Shown here: piece after piece, positions 63,366 to 64,000 of the stretch
Numbering within the stretch: the stretch's first letter is position 1
Layout of the letters: every line of letters starts with the position of its first letter
Assembly: GCF_009914755.1 (NCBI RefSeq)
Contig: NC_060938.1
Length of the DNA: 64,000 nucleotides
Reading direction: 5' to 3' (one strand)
DNA from: the human T2T-CHM13v2.0 reference genome, Homo sapiens
Notes under the pieces: generated by a model
What the model saw: the letters and a program-made list of their open reading frames with translations, nothing else
What the model was told of the DNA's origin: nothing
Database searches by the model: none
Made by a program: the position numbers and the translations under genes

Positions 63366-63714
63366 TGTTGTTCTTTTTTATTTATTGTAATACATCAGTT
63401 TTCTCTAAGTACTCTTGGAATCTCCAGCTAATGCTTTATGTTTTTAGTTAATACAGTCATTGTAAGTGATTTCTAGATGTGTAATTTTTCTGACAATATA
63501 AATACATTTCTGACTTTATAATTTTCATAAGCAAATAATCCATAATCTTAAGCATGCCAGAGGAGTTAATACAAAGTGTTGAGAAGGGATGAAGCTGGAG
63601 CTACACCTGGGTAAGGATTATTCCCCAAACCTGTCTACCATCAAACTGGATTTGTAAAAGATAAAAATTATCACCGTTATCTCATTATATAAACTCTTGA
63701 AGGTTTTTCTTTTG

Positions 63715-63942
63715 CTACTTTTTCATTCATCTAAAGATATTTATCGAATATTTTGTCTGTGACATGCACTGTTCCACATGCTGATTTTAAATAACAAAAA
63801 ACAAAAAAATAAAAGAAGCAACCAAAAAAAAGTTCATTCTTTTGGAGCTTAAATTCTAGTAGGGCAGAAAGATAAGAAGTAAGTAATATTGTATATTGGA
63901 AAATGATAACTGCTTAGAAAAAAAAAATAAGCAGGGAAGGAG
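63715..63942 (-). mobile_element. L2 3' fragment
   Basis: ttcattcat...tggagcttaaattctagt. Confidence 0.65.
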
Positions 63943-64000
63943 TGTTAGCAGCAGTGAATCCATACGGGCCTGCAGCAGCTCGATTCTTGCTTCCTTGGAG
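63943..64000 (-). mobile_element. End of an ERV1 LTR (MER50-like), truncated by the window edge
   Basis: tgttagcagcagtgaatccatacgggcctgcagc...attcttgc. Confidence 0.65.

Overview
AT-rich human (primate) genomic DNA lying entirely inside the FUT8 gene (alpha-1,6-fucosyltransferase), transcribed on the + strand. The window holds about 52.6 kb of the long intron after the ATG/transmembrane exon, two constitutive coding exons (52634-52749 and 52867-53029; aa 68-161, stem/coiled-coil region), and about 11 kb of the next intron. A third coding exon at 53746-53847 is too short for the ORF track. It works either as an in-frame 34-aa cassette or as an alternative N-terminus (MAITVSLVNNKRK...TPYK) with a strongly basic, NLS-like motif. 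The rest is mostly mobile-element fossils: about 31 Alu-family copies (about two thirds antisense), old L1M fragments, a twin-primed L1PB, L2, MIR, MaLR and ERV solo LTRs, hAT and Tigger MITEs, and microsatellites. Nearly all ORFs in the track are repeat-derived or spurious. I found no prokaryote-type system. The most interesting leads are the hidden exon, a stop-free exon circle bracketed by inverted Alus, a sense LTR followed by splice donors, and several template-switch or retrotransposition scars. Repeat subfamily names come from recalled consensus sequences, and the boundaries of old repeats are approximate.
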